Positions 28,632-39,246 are shown, numbered from the stretch's first letter. The stretch: 64,000 nt of DNA from Polyangiaceae bacterium (GCA_050287085.1 JBNKBE010000004.1:96288-160287), one strand, 5' to 3'. The notes: generated from the letters alone by a model not told the origin. A program made the numbers and translations.

Positions 28632-28706
28632 GTCCCTATCGTCTAGTCCGGCCCAGGACGTGGCCCTTTCAAGGCTAAAACACGGGTTCGAATCCCGTTG
28701 GGGACG
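28632..28706 (+). tRNA. tRNA-Glu (anticodon TTC), CCA not encoded
   Basis: Acceptor GTCCCTA/TGGGGAC, D-arm with TAGT..GG, anticodon arm TGGCC-CTTTCAA-GGCTA, T-arm ACGGG-TTCGAAT-CCCGT. Confidence 0.95.
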
Positions 28707-28711
28707 CTCTC

Positions 28712-28743
28712 AAGGGGGGTAGCAGACGCTGCCCCCCTTTTCT
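28712..28743 (+). terminator. Rho-independent terminator after tRNA-Glu
   Basis: GGGGGGTAGC-AGAC-GCTGCCCCCC hairpin followed by TTTTCT. Confidence 0.8.
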
Positions 28744-29111
28744 TATTCGGTGGTGGTTGGGTTCCAGGGCAGGGGAGCCGAGTTTGGGCAGGGCGTGTCT
28801 CCTGCTCCCGGCTCGTTGCCTGGCCGCTGCGGAGCGAGGAGGTCAGTCGCTCGTTAACCCGGTTACGAGGAGCTCGCGCAGCATCTGCAGGACCGCCCTC
28901 CGCTCTGCCCCTTCGCTGCTTCTGACGTGGCACTTGCTTGGATCGGGCACGTCGCATCCAGGCTGTGATGAACGGCATATCGAGCGCGCACTTGGTTGCC
29001 CCTTCTGTGAAAGGATACGTATATCGTGACAAGTAGGATGAGCTGCCCTAGACGTCGCGTGGACAATGAACGGCGGGGCCGCGGCTTCAACGGGCGTGAT
29101 GGGGGAGTGGC

Positions 29112-29840
29112 GTGAGACTTCGAGAGCAGCTGAGGCGCATCATCGAGCAGAACGATACGGGTCCAGGGCGTACGGTCGACTTCGTGGTCCAGGGACTCAT
29201 TCTCGTCTCCCTCGTCTGCTTTGCGTGGGAGACGCTTCCAGGGCTCTCCGCCGGCACCAGACTCTGGCTTGAACGGGCCGAGTTTGTCGTTGTTGCGGTA
29301 TTCACCGCGGAGTACCTGCTTCGCTTGTGGCTCGCTGAAAGCAAAGCGGGATTCGTGTTCAGCTTCCTGGGGCTTGTGGACCTGCTGGCGGTCCTTCCCT
29401 TCTATCTGCAGACCGGAATCGACCTGCGCTCCTTGCGAGCTGTGCGGCTACTGCGGCTGTTCAGCGCGCTCAAGCTCGTTCGGTACAGCAGGGCATTGCA
29501 GCGTTTTCACCGTGCGTTTCTCATCGCCCGCGAGGAGCTTATTCTCTTTCTGGCCGTGACTGTGCTGATGCTCTACTTCGCGGCGGTCGGCATCTACTAC
29601 TGCGAGCGAGAGGCGCAGCCCGAAGCCTTCGCGTCAATCCTTCACGGCATGTGGTGGGCCGTGGCCACGCTCACTACGGTGGGCTACGGTGATGCCTACC
29701 CGGTAACTCCTGGCGGCAAACTATTCACATTTCTGGTGTTGATGATTGGTTTGGGGATTGTCGCGGTGCCTGCGGGGTTGGTGTCGTCTGCCCTTTCCAA
29801 GGCGCGCGACCAGGAACAGGGAGGGTCGCGCGATGCCTGA
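29112..29840 (+). CDS. Voltage-gated-type potassium channel (6TM ion transporter)
   Basis: S4-like LRSLRAVRLLRLFSALKLVR; selectivity filter TTVGYGD. Confidence 0.92.
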   Translation: MRLREQLRRIIEQNDTGPGRTVDFVVQGLILVSLVCFAWETLPGLSAGTRLWLERAEFVVVAVFTAEYLLRLWLAESKAGFVFSFLGLVDLLAVLPFYLQTGIDLRSLRAVRLLRLFSALKLVRYSRALQRFHRAFLIAREELILFLAVTVLMLYFAAVGIYYCEREAQPEAFASILHGMWWAVATLTTVGYGDAYPVTPGGKLFTFLVLMIGLGIVAVPAGLVSSALSKARDQEQGGSRDA

Positions 29841-29891
29841 GTGTCCCGCTCGGCGCTGACACGCTGGGGGGGCCGATGGTGACAACGGCGC

Positions 29892-30899
29892 CTACCCCAC
29901 GCCGGCGTGCTGCTCCTCCGCATCCCGGGCAACCCGTTCGGCGTAGGGCCCAAGTTCATCGTGGTGCAAGAGCCGTATGTTGTTGGCCTGCGCTAGTTGC
30001 TGGGCCCTGAGGGTGAACGTGCTGTTGGTCACGACGGCTCCCAAAGCCGCTTGGTAGTAGCCGACGCCTGCCACAACTTCTTGGACCGCTGAGTTGCCGA
30101 CTGGTTGTGTGTAGAACTTGCACTGAAGCCCTAGGCGCACGTCCCGATACTCGCAAACGAGGTCGAGGCCTTGATCGCCGGAACGCGGTGTAGTCCTGAC
30201 AGTCCAGCCAGCTTTTTCCACGATGGCACGGCAAAAGTGCTCGTAGTCTTCGCCCGTAACAACATCGTCAATTGACGCGCCGACACCCTGCCCGTCCTGG
30301 CGGCAGCGCAGGTGTTCTTCGATTTGCTCGGCAATTATCCTGTGGACCGCGGGCAGGAGTAGGGGACCATAGGGCTCTTTGCCGTCCGACACGTAGTCCG
30401 CCGGGGCATGAACCTCATGGGCCAAGACATTGGTGACAAAATACGCTCGCTCGCGCTCCCAGGCGTCGAATTTCCATTTGCCATAATCGTCCTGGTAGGC
30501 GAGCTGCTTGTACTTTCGCGACAGGACGTCAATGTGGCTGGCGACAGCGCGCGCGATGTCGTTCATGAAATCGCTAAGAGCGGCGGCTCGCAAGCGCTCT
30601 AGTCGCTCCAGTCGCAGGCGCTCTTGCTCGCGCTCCAGTCGCAGGCGCTCTTGCTCGCGCTCCAGTCGCAAGCGCTCTTGCTCGCGCTCCAGTCGCAGGC
30701 GCTCTTGCTCGCGCTCCAGTCGCAAGCGCTCCTGTTCGCGCGCCAGTTGAAAGCGCTCTTGTTCGCGCCGTTCGTGCTCTAGTCGCAAGCGCTCTTGCTC
30801 GTGCAGCTTGCGCTCCTCTCGGTCCATCATCGACCTCAGGTAGAGTGCGTAACCAACTGCCCAAGCCACCCCAACAATGACGACAATGGCAACCCACAT
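29892..30899 (-). CDS. Mrr-like (type IV) restriction endonuclease domain with N-terminal TM helix and E/R repeat stalk
   Basis: GEDYEHFC..GW.V..TPRSGDQGLDL...LQCKFY..PVGNSAVQEV (Mrr_cat D..QxK); N-terminal MWVAIVVIVGVAWAVGYALY. Confidence 0.85.
   Translation of the reverse strand: MWVAIVVIVGVAWAVGYALYLRSMMDREERKLHEQERLRLEHERREQERFQLAREQERLRLEREQERLRLEREQERLRLEREQERLRLEREQERLRLERLERLRAAALSDFMNDIARAVASHIDVLSRKYKQLAYQDDYGKWKFDAWERERAYFVTNVLAHEVHAPADYVSDGKEPYGPLLLPAVHRIIAEQIEEHLRCRQDGQGVGASIDDVVTGEDYEHFCRAIVEKAGWTVRTTPRSGDQGLDLVCEYRDVRLGLQCKFYTQPVGNSAVQEVVAGVGYYQAALGAVVTNSTFTLRAQQLAQANNIRLLHHDELGPYAERVARDAEEQHAGVG
30604..30800. repeat. 27-bp tandem repeat encoding EQERLRLER
   Basis: Unit CGCTCCAGTCGCA(G/A)GCGCTCTTGCTCG, four near-perfect copies plus degenerate copies. 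Confidence 0.9.
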
Positions 30900-31081
30900 G
30901 TTACCTTCTGCGGCTAGCAGATTCGAGCGAGATTGTAAAGTGGAGCGACCCGAGCGACCGCTTCAGACGCGACTCGCGAGCCTGGGTGAACGCTTCGCTC
31001 ATGCCAGCTACTCGCGGCCGGAGGGCGAGCTTGCTTCACTTTGCAGGGCGCGGTGGTCCGGGGCCGCGCCGCGTCGTAGCC

Positions 31082-32338
31082 TCAGGGTGTTAATCTGCTG
31101 GTGACAAGATCGATGAGCTCTTGGCTGCCGGCGCTGAGAACGCTGGTTTCGTCCAAGGCGTCGAGGCTCCAGGTCACCGTCCAAGTACTGCCGTCGGCCT
31201 GGGGACCGTAGGGGCCCTGCGCTTCGATTTCGACGTAGGGTTCGGGGTTGTTCTCCGGATCGGGCGTGTTGGCGAAGACTTCCACCTCTGCCTCGGCGCT
31301 TGCAAATAGCGCCGGCGCAATGTCCGGGAAGCGCTTGAGGAGCAGCAAGCCGGAGTCGCCGTTGGCATTGGCGAGCCAGCCCTGACCATCCTGGTTGAGT
31401 TTCGGCAGACTACACTCTTCGCCCGAAGCGGGATCGGTGCTGTTGGCTTGCCCCCCCAAGTCGACGTCATAAGTGTACCAGGCCATGGCTTCGAGCGACT
31501 CAACGCCCTGCAGACAATCCAGGATGGGGGCGCCAGACGGGGCAAAGAAGGTCAGCCCACCGGGCACTCGGGTGATTTCCCAGGGCGCGAACTCCGCGTC
31601 GCCGCTCATCTCGTAGGTTACATCGATGGCGGCTTCGTCGGGCCGCACCACGAACGTCTTGGTGACGACGATGCCGAGCGCCGCCTCGGAGATCAGACGC
31701 GCCGTATTGTCCGTCAGCTCAACCGAATAGACCCCGCTGTCTATCTCTTCCGGTGGCGGCCAGCTCCAAACGCTTTGGGGGGAGGGCCAGAAGGTGGAGC
31801 CCGTGTTGGCTCCGTCTTCCACCAGCGCGTTGACCCCGTCTAGGCTGAACTCGACGATGCGAGCGCCCTTGTCCGCGTCGACCACCATCTTCAGGGAGTC
31901 CCGGGCCAAGGTGATGAGCGAACCGGTCTGTGAGACCGTGATGACGGGCTCTGGGACTTCACCGCTGCCCCCGGTGCCGTCCGGGGCAGCACCCGAGCTT
32001 CCCGCCGCTCCACCTCCGCCTCCGCCACCTCCCGCTCCGCCATCCTCCGTGGACCCCGCTCCCGCGCTGTCGAGGGGGCCTTGTCCTGCGTTTGTGGCTC
32101 CGCCTTCCGCCCCTGGCGCGCTCCCTCCGGCTCCTGCCGTTTGGCTCTCCGAGCCCCCCATGGCGCTATCGCCCGCGCCGCCGGGCGCGCCACTTCGGCC
32201 GCTGCTTGCGGGTGGCGTAGGAGTCTCGCTGGCCGAGCAGGCGGGGAGCGCCGCGCCCGCCGTGAGCCACACCGCGAGCAGGGGGGAGGGGGTACCGAGC
32301 AGAGCGCGGGCTTTGCGGAGCGAGAGGCTTGGACTCAT
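31082..32338 (-). CDS. Lipoprotein with Gly-rich linker and galactose-mutarotase-like (DUF4380-like) domain
   Basis: Lipobox LPAC; GARIVEFSLDG.N, GSTFWPSPQSVWSWPPP, APWEITRV, YVEIEAQG. Confidence 0.65.
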   Translation of the reverse strand: MSPSLSLRKARALLGTPSPLLAVWLTAGAALPACSASETPTPPASSGRSGAPGGAGDSAMGGSESQTAGAGGSAPGAEGGATNAGQGPLDSAGAGSTEDGGAGGGGGGGGAAGSSGAAPDGTGGSGEVPEPVITVSQTGSLITLARDSLKMVVDADKGARIVEFSLDGVNALVEDGANTGSTFWPSPQSVWSWPPPEEIDSGVYSVELTDNTARLISEAALGIVVTKTFVVRPDEAAIDVTYEMSGDAEFAPWEITRVPGGLTFFAPSGAPILDCLQGVESLEAMAWYTYDVDLGGQANSTDPASGEECSLPKLNQDGQGWLANANGDSGLLLLKRFPDIAPALFASAEAEVEVFANTPDPENNPEPYVEIEAQGPYGPQADGSTWTVTWSLDALDETSVLSAGSQELIDLVTSRLTP

Positions 32339-32551
32339 GACCTGATTACAGTCCAGACCCGGGCCTCGCACCAGTTGAATCTGCCGAAACGGGGCGCCTC
32401 AGCGGGGAGCCGTCGCGCCGTACTCCGCATATTTTTGGCGCAGACTTGGAGGTGCCGCCGGCGGCCGAGACGCCTCGAGATGGGGGGGGCAGGCCCAAAC
32501 GCCTGCCAAGAGCCTTGCCCTGCTCGTGGCAGCGCGCTAATCACGCCGCCG

Positions 32552-33469
32552 ATGCAAATCGACCTTTCGAACAAGCGCGCCATCGTCGCGGGAGTTGCCG
32601 ACGATGTGGGGTTCGGCTTTGCCATCGCCAAGGCTTTGGCCGAGGCGGGCGCTTCCGTTTCGGTGGCTGTTTGGCCGCCCGCAATGAAGATCTTCGAGAC
32701 GATGCTGCGTCGCGGCAAGATGGACCAATCGCGGATCCTGGAGCGCGGCGGGCAATTGGAGTTCGAAGAAGTGGTGCCGCTCGATGCTGCCTACGACACG
32801 TGGGAAGACGTTCCCGCGGAGGTTCGAGACAGCAAGCGATATCAGGACCGTGGGGATTTCACTATTCAAGGCCTAGCGGATCACGTTCAGAAGCGATACG
32901 GCGATGCTTCGTTGGACATCGTTGTCCATTCGCTAGCCAACGGTCCCGAGGTTGCCAAGCCGCTACTGGAAACGTCCCGCGCCGGCTACTTGGCGGCGGT
33001 GGGTGTCAGCGCCTATTCCAATGTTTCGCTCGTGCGCCGGCTTGGGCCGCTGATGCGCGAAGGGGGGAATTTCCTTTCGCTGTCCTACCTCGGCGCGGAG
33101 CGCTTCGTGCCGCACTACGGTGGGGGCATGTCCGCTGCCAAGGCGGCGCTCGAGAGCGATACCCGCTACCTGGCCATGGAGGCGGGGCGCCGTTTCGGGG
33201 TTCGGGTGAACGCCATTTCGGCGGGGCCCTTTGCGTCGCGGGCCGCGAGCGTGACGGGTAATATCGACGGCATCGTCGACTACTACGAGCAACATTCCCC
33301 ACTGCCGAAGCGCTTGACGACCCAAGATGTGGGCAATACGGCGGCCTTCCTCTGCAGTCCGTTGGCCGGCGCCATCACCGCCTCGACCGTGTACGTGGAC
33401 TACGGCTTTCATGCGACGGCAAAAGGCTTGTCGGAAAACGACCTAGCCTGGATCCACGGAACCAAGTAG
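32552..33469 (+). CDS. fabI: Enoyl-ACP reductase (NADH), plant/Chlamydia-like FabI subtype
   Basis: AGVADDVGFGFAIAK, VHSLANGPEV.KPLLETSR.GYLAA, YGGGMSAAKAALESDTR, VNAISAGP. Confidence 0.92.
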   Translation: MQIDLSNKRAIVAGVADDVGFGFAIAKALAEAGASVSVAVWPPAMKIFETMLRRGKMDQSRILERGGQLEFEEVVPLDAAYDTWEDVPAEVRDSKRYQDRGDFTIQGLADHVQKRYGDASLDIVVHSLANGPEVAKPLLETSRAGYLAAVGVSAYSNVSLVRRLGPLMREGGNFLSLSYLGAERFVPHYGGGMSAAKAALESDTRYLAMEAGRRFGVRVNAISAGPFASRAASVTGNIDGIVDYYEQHSPLPKRLTTQDVGNTAAFLCSPLAGAITASTVYVDYGFHATAKGLSENDLAWIHGTK

Positions 33470-33543
33470 CTCTTGCTCGCCGGGTGCCGGTGGTGATGGG
33501 GCCCGCAAGGGCCCTTTGGCGGCTCTTGGCCCTGAGCCGGCTG

Positions 33544-34323
33544 TCAATAGGACAGGCGCACCTTCAGGCCCCGATCGTGCAGGTATTGCTTGAGTCCGGA
33601 AACCGTGTACTCGCCATAGTGCACCATTGACGCGACCAGCGCGGCGTCGGCTTTGCCTGCGGTGAGGGCGTCGTAGAGGTGCTCCGGCTTGCCCGCGCCA
33701 CCCGAGGCGATGACCGGCACCGGTACCGCTTCGGCCACCTTGCACGTGAGGTTCAGCTCGTAACCTTCGCGGGTGCCGTCGGCATCGATCGAGTTGACGA
33801 CCAGCTCACCCGCACCGAGCTCAACGCCGCGCTTGGCCCAGTTGATGGCGTCCAATGCCGTGCGCTTGCGCCCCCCGTGAGTCACGATTTCGTACCCGGA
33901 GGGGATGGACTCAGTGGCGGGCACGCGCAGCACGTCCATGCTCAGGATAGTGCTCTGCGCACCGATGGCTCTCGAGATCTCGGCGATGAGCTCTGGACGG
34001 GCCACCGCGGCGCTGTTGACGTTGACCTTCTCAGCGCCGGCCAGGCGCAACCGGGTTGCATCTTCCACGGAGCGAATGCCACCGCCCACTGAGAAGGGGA
34101 TGAAGATGCGTTCTGCGACCGCCTCCACCACATGCAGCATGATATCGCGCTCGTCGCTGGACGCGGTGATGTCGTAGAATACGAGCTCATCGAGTCCGTC
34201 AGCGTAGTAGGCGGCGGCCTTCTCCAGAGGATCTCCGATGTCCCGGGTATCGACGAAACGAACGCTCTTGGCGAGCTTTCCATCGCGGACATCGAGACAG
34301 GAAATGACGCGTTTGCTCAACAT
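33544..34323 (-). CDS. hisF: Imidazole glycerol phosphate synthase cyclase subunit
   Basis: [47 protein letters not shown]. Confidence 0.97.
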   Translation of the reverse strand: MLSKRVISCLDVRDGKLAKSVRFVDTRDIGDPLEKAAAYYADGLDELVFYDITASSDERDIMLHVVEAVAERIFIPFSVGGGIRSVEDATRLRLAGAEKVNVNSAAVARPELIAEISRAIGAQSTILSMDVLRVPATESIPSGYEIVTHGGRKRTALDAINWAKRGVELGAGELVVNSIDADGTREGYELNLTCKVAEAVPVPVIASGGAGKPEHLYDALTAGKADAALVASMVHYGEYTVSGLKQYLHDRGLKVRLSY

Positions 34324-34369
34324 GACTCGTTTTCTCCAAACCTTCTGTCGCGGCCAATGCGCTCAGCGC

Positions 34370-34984
34370 TCACTCGCCCTTCCAATGCCCAAAGCGCTCT
34401 AGGATCCCAAGGCCGAGTCGGCCGCTTTTCTCGGGGTGAAACTGGGTTGCGAAGAGATTGTCCCGGCCAAGCGCGCAGCAGAAGCGCTCTCCGTGCTCTG
34501 ACTCAGCCGCCACACAAGCAGGGTCAGTCGGTGCGGGGTAATAGGAATGGACGAAGTACAACTCGTCGCCCGGCTGCAAGCCCGATAGCAGCGAGTGGGG
34601 GCGGCACACGTGCACTGCGTTCCAACCCATATGGGGGATCTTGAGCTGAGGGTCTTCGGGGCGAAAGCGTCGCGCTATGCCTGGCAGCAGTCCGAGGCAG
34701 GGCAGGGGGCTCTCCTCGGAGCGTTCGAGAATCAACTGAGCGCCAACGCAGATACCGAGCAAGGGCGTGCCGCGTTGAAACGCGTCTCGCAGCGCTTCGT
34801 CCATGCCCGTTTGAACGAGATTGGCCATCGCGCTGCCCGCGTGGCCCACCCCGGGGAAGATGACCTTGTCTGCGCGTCGAATCGCGTCGGGATCCGCGCT
34901 CAGCGTGGCCTCTTGACCCGCGGCGCGACAAGCGCGCAATACGCTACGAAGATTGCCGGCTTGGTAGTCTACAATGGTGATCAT
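34370..34984 (-). CDS. hisH: Imidazole glycerol phosphate synthase glutaminase subunit
   Basis: IVDYQAGNLRSV, FPGVG, GICVGAQ, PHMGWN, YFVHSY, QFHPEKSG. Confidence 0.96.
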   Translation of the reverse strand: MITIVDYQAGNLRSVLRACRAAGQEATLSADPDAIRRADKVIFPGVGHAGSAMANLVQTGMDEALRDAFQRGTPLLGICVGAQLILERSEESPLPCLGLLPGIARRFRPEDPQLKIPHMGWNAVHVCRPHSLLSGLQPGDELYFVHSYYPAPTDPACVAAESEHGERFCCALGRDNLFATQFHPEKSGRLGLGILERFGHWKGE

Positions 34985-35262
34985 GGCGTCTCTGGACGGA
35001 GAGGGGCGCGAGCTGATTCCAGGCTGCCCTTCAAACCGCCTTGTGCCAAGAAAGCCCGCAGGGCGCAAAGCGTATTCCGTGCGCCCAAGCTGCGAGCGGA
35101 GGTGCGGAGCGAGCTTGCTCGCGCCGCGCGCTTTGGGGTTCGGCCGGTGGGAGGGGGTTCGGTGTAGGGGGCCGGTTGCCGCGCCGCCTTGCTGGTGATT
35201 GCGTGCGACCGCGAGGGCAACGGTTTGGTCGCGGCTTTGGCGGCGAGCGTCGCGTGCGTCCC

Positions 35263-37252
35263 TCAGCCCAGCTGAAGAACGGTTCGGCTCGGTCCTGGCT
35301 CGCCCTGGGGGGCCACGATACGCAACGTCGTGTCCGAAGGCGTAGCTTGGTTGCAGTCGGGCGGCGCGGAAGCATCCGGCGCGGCCCCGGGGCCTTCGAT
35401 GGCCGAGCCCCCGATGCTCCCTTCAGGGCCGCAGACGTTCGCGCAAGTCGCGTCCGAGCACGTCACCTCGCTGGGGATGAGGGTGATGCCGCCCTGGCCG
35501 CCCTCACCGCCGGGGCCCGCAGAGAGCATCGTGTCCTCGAGCTCCGGTGGGGAGCCAACGTGCGCGATGGCGGCAGAGGGCCCCCCGGAGCCGCCTGCGC
35601 CGGGTCCGCCAGAGCCGCCCAGGGCGCCGTCGCCACCCTTGCCTCCGCCGCTCATCGTCAGTGCCGTGGCCGGATCCTCGGCTTGCAAGCGAGCTGCACT
35701 CCCGCCGCGCGCGCCGGCGCCGCCGCGGCCTCCGAAGACCCCCAGCGCCCCCTTGCCCACCCTGGCCGCCGGCAGCCGAGCTCAGCTCGCAGCCGGTCAG
35801 GGTAACGGTGCTGTTCAGCAAGGCGAGAGCAAACGATGCGCCCCCCCCGCGTCCGCCTTGGCCCCCGAGACCTCCACACCCTCCGGGCCCTCCGGCGCCA
35901 CCGCTTCCAGCTAGGCATTGGATGTTGCCGGCGCTGATGCTCCGCCCGCCGCCGCCGCCGCCCCCGGGACCCCCCCGACTTCCGGGGCTGCCTGCGCCTG
36001 CAAGCGCCGGCACGTAGCCCTCGCTCGGCGCCAGGATGCCGCTGACCGGTCCAACGCCTCCCGGCGTGCCGGGCAGACCCAGCGTACCGATCGTTCCGTC
36101 CCCACCCGCCGCAAGGGTGGCGGCGCTGCCATTGTTCAGGAGCTGTGCGGGCGTCGGAGGCGTGCCGGTGAGGCCGGAGGAGCCCTCCTGGTCGCGCCGA
36201 GCGGCTCCGCCTTCGCCGCCGCGGTTGCCGCAGGCGCTGACCGTTGGCCAATGACCCCCGGGCTGAGAGGCGGCGACGACGCTGTCCGTGAGGCAGAAGC
36301 CGTCGCGGCCGTGCTGGTCTTCCGCGGCTTCGGGGGCGCTGTTGCCATCGGCTCCGGACTGACCCTCTTCGCCCTGGGCGCCCGCGCCGGCTGTTAACCG
36401 ACAGGTGTCAAAATGCACCTTGCGCGCGGTGGCAATCAAGACGCCAATGCTGCTGTGCCCCATGCTGCGAGCCGGGAGCGCAACGATCTCGACCCCGCGA
36501 ACATACAAATCGCTGACGTTATCCAATACCCAGGTGCCCCGACCGCTCGCAACAAAGCGGGCCTTCACGTCGGGATTGTAGGCCCAACTCGCGCAGTCGA
36601 AGCTGCCGTAGATCTCGCGATTGCTATCGGCGGCGTTCAGGGTAACGGTCGCGGTGTAGTCGCCGGCCGTAGCGCAAACGTAGATTCGCTTTCGGTCACC
36701 GCGCGTGGCCGCGAGCGCTTGCTCAAGGGACAGAAAGGGGCGAGCGCGCGTTCCGTCACCTTCCTCCGTCGCCCCGGGGGAGACGAACACACCGATCGCC
36801 TCGTCGATCGCACAGGGGTCGACCGCCGGATCACCGAGGGTGGCGCGGCTGCACCCCTCGCGCGAGGCCGCATCGCCGCCGTCGCTGCGTGCGCTGGGGC
36901 TGTCGCCGCCGTCGCGGGCGCCGATGCCTGAAAGGCCCCCGTCTTTGTCCGAGGCCGCGTCGCCGCCGTCCCTTGCGGCTTCTGGTTCAACGCGCGATTC
37001 GCCTCCGGTTGTCACCCCTTTGGCGTTTGGCTCCTCGCCCGGCTTGCGACACGCGCCCGGGCTGCTGGTGCAGTGGCGAAACCCGTTGTCCGTCGTGCAG
37101 GCCAGCGCCATCGTCAGGAGCGGCGCCGCCGCTAGGCGTAGTCGGGGCTGAGGCCAGGGCCAGAGCAGGAATAGACGCCGTCGTCGGGAGCGAATAGAAG
37201 GGTTGCTTGTGCGCGTTGTTTGGGTTAACAGCAACCGCTTCGTGCGCTCCAT
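35263..37252 (-). pseudogene. PGRS-like Gly-rich lipoprotein with beta-helix (DUF1565-like) domain, split by a frameshift near 35735 (true lesion or sequencing error)
   Basis: ORF 35504..37252 (lipobox ALAC, GVFVSP..GDGTRARPF, GGxGG repeats) drifts into Arg-rich text at GGAGGL; the GG repeats resume in ORF 35263..35760. Confidence 0.7.
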
Positions 37253-39246
37253 CGCTGGCTGTTGCGCGGGTCATGGCGCTGGCCGGAAGTCCACGTGGTC
37301 AGCGCATCGTTCAACTCCACGCGACGAATGGGCTTGGCGACGAACGCGTCCATTCCAGCTTCAGTGCAGCGCTGGAACGCACCCGCGATTGCGTTTGCTG
37401 TCAGGGCAATGACTGGGATGCTGGCTGCCACCGGATTGGGGAGTTCGCGGATCGCTCGCGTCGCTTCGTATCCGTCCATCACCGGCATTTCACAATCCAT
37501 GAGGACAACGTCGTAGTTGCGCTCGCTGAGAGCAATCAGCGCTTCTTCCCCGTTTTCGGCGACGTCAGCATCGTAGCCCAAGGAGTTGGCCATTCGAACT
37601 GCAACCCTCTGATTGACAATGTTGTCTTCTACGACCAGCACGGTCTTGCCCGTCGCCTCGACGCGCCGTTTCGCGCCAGAGGTTCGACCGAGGGTTCCAA
37701 ATAGCGCCTGGTCGAGGCCCATGCGGACGCGGCTGCGGCGCAGCGGTTTGGGAATGCGCGCGCGAACGGTTTCGGGCAAGGGGACTTCATCATCCCAGCG
37801 CTGGCCGGCGAAGGTGAGAACGAAGGGAGCGGTGACGCCCCGCTCGCTCAGGTCGGCGATGACCTGCAGGCCATCTTCTTCACGCATGACCAAGCTGACG
37901 AGGACGGCGTCAAATGTGCCCAAGGGCTCGCTCAGCACTCGGGATGGAGATTCTGCGGTGGTGACGTGAGCTCCCCACTGGGTCAGCATCTGGTGCAAGG
38001 CTGCCAGTGCTGCTGGCTGATCGTCTATCACCAGCAGTCGTTTGCCCTGATACGACGGCTTGGGTGATTCGGGAGCTTCGTCGCAGGGGGCGAGCTGTGC
38101 CGTGAACCAGAACGTCGAGCCCTCGTGCAATGCTGAGCGCACGCCGACAGCGCCTTTCATCAGTTCGGCCAAACGCTTCGCGATCGAAAGCCCCAGACCG
38201 GTGCCGCCGTATTTTCTCGCAACGCTGCTAGAAGCCTGGGTGAAGGGCTGGAATAGGGCGGCTTGGGCTTGGTCGCTCAGTCCGATGCCGGTGTCGCTCA
38301 CCTCGACGCGCACGCCGATTTGGTCTTGGGCAGACGCCATGCTTCGGACGCCGACCACGATCGAACCCTGTTCGGTGAACTTCACCGCGTTGGTGAGGAA
38401 GTTCAGGACGATCTGACGCAGCCGCCCCGCGTCTCCAATGACGCGTCGAGGAAGGGTGGCGTCGTAGTCGAGGACCAGTTCGAGGTGCTTCTGGTGGGCT
38501 TGGGGCGCAACCAGATCGAGCGCATCTTCCAGCTCATGTTGTAGGTCGAAGGGCATCGCCTCCAGGGTGAGTTTGCCGGCTTCGATTTTGGAGATATCCA
38601 GGATATCGTTGAGAATCGTTAGAAGGGCCTCTGCCGAGCCTTGGATCGTACGTGCGAGATCGACCTGCTCAGGGTCGAGCTCGGTGTCCATGAGCAGCGT
38701 GCTCATCCCCATGATGCCGTTCATGGGCGTCCGGATTTCGTGACTCATGGCGGCCAGGAACTCCGCCTTCATCTGGGCGGTGTCGCGCAAGACCCGCATG
38801 GCGTCCCGCACCTTCAGCTGCGCGCGGAGCTTGGCAGCTATCAGGGGGGGATTGAAGGGTTTGGAAATGAAGTCGGCTGCGCCGCTGTGCAGCGCGGCCA
38901 AGGCGACGGCATCCTCGGTGCGGCCTGACGAGACCAGTATGGGCACGTCTTCGAAGCGCGAGTCCGCTTTTAGCAGACGCAACACCTCAAGGCCGCTGAT
39001 GTCCGGCATGATCACGTCCAGCAGAATGGCGTCGGGGGCTGCTTGGCGTGCAAGCTTCAGCCCTTCCGCCCCGGTGAGCGCTGCTAGCACGTCGAAACCA
39101 AGCAAATCGAGGGTCTGCTGAATGCAGCGCACCTGGGTGCGATCGTCCTCAATCAAGAGGACTCGAATACGATTGCCGCTCACCTTGAAGCCAAGAACGG
39201 TCGCTCCGGCACGGCCTTTAGTGCGCTTACCGACTCGGGATACCAA
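37225..39246 (-). CDS. Cytoplasmic hybrid histidine kinase (REC-HisKA-HATPase-REC-REC)
   Basis: LLDVIMPD, FLAAMSHEIRTPMNG, NFLTNAVKFT, DTGIG, GGTGLGL, LMDCEMPVMDG; start uncertain. Confidence 0.93.
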   Translation of the reverse strand: MVSRVGKRTKGRAGATVLGFKVSGNRIRVLLIEDDRTQVRCIQQTLDLLGFDVLAALTGAEGLKLARQAAPDAILLDVIMPDISGLEVLRLLKADSRFEDVPILVSSGRTEDAVALAALHSGAADFISKPFNPPLIAAKLRAQLKVRDAMRVLRDTAQMKAEFLAAMSHEIRTPMNGIMGMSTLLMDTELDPEQVDLARTIQGSAEALLTILNDILDISKIEAGKLTLEAMPFDLQHELEDALDLVAPQAHQKHLELVLDYDATLPRRVIGDAGRLRQIVLNFLTNAVKFTEQGSIVVGVRSMASAQDQIGVRVEVSDTGIGLSDQAQAALFQPFTQASSSVARKYGGTGLGLSIAKRLAELMKGAVGVRSALHEGSTFWFTAQLAPCDEAPESPKPSYQGKRLLVIDDQPAALAALHQMLTQWGAHVTTAESPSRVLSEPLGTFDAVLVSLVMREEDGLQVIADLSERGVTAPFVLTFAGQRWDDEVPLPETVRARIPKPLRRSRVRMGLDQALFGTLGRTSGAKRRVEATGKTVLVVEDNIVNQRVAVRMANSLGYDADVAENGEEALIALSERNYDVVLMDCEMPVMDGYEATRAIRELPNPVAASIPVIALTANAIAGAFQRCTEAGMDAFVAKPIRRVELNDALTTWTSGQRHDPRNSQRWSARSGCC

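Noticed and set aside
30604..30800. 27-bp repeats as a CRISPR array
   Set aside because: No spacers; they are in-frame coding repeats within the Mrr-like gene.
28632..31000. tRNA-anchored integrative element or prophage
   Set aside because: No integrase and no visible duplicate of the tRNA 3' end; only two accessory-looking genes follow.
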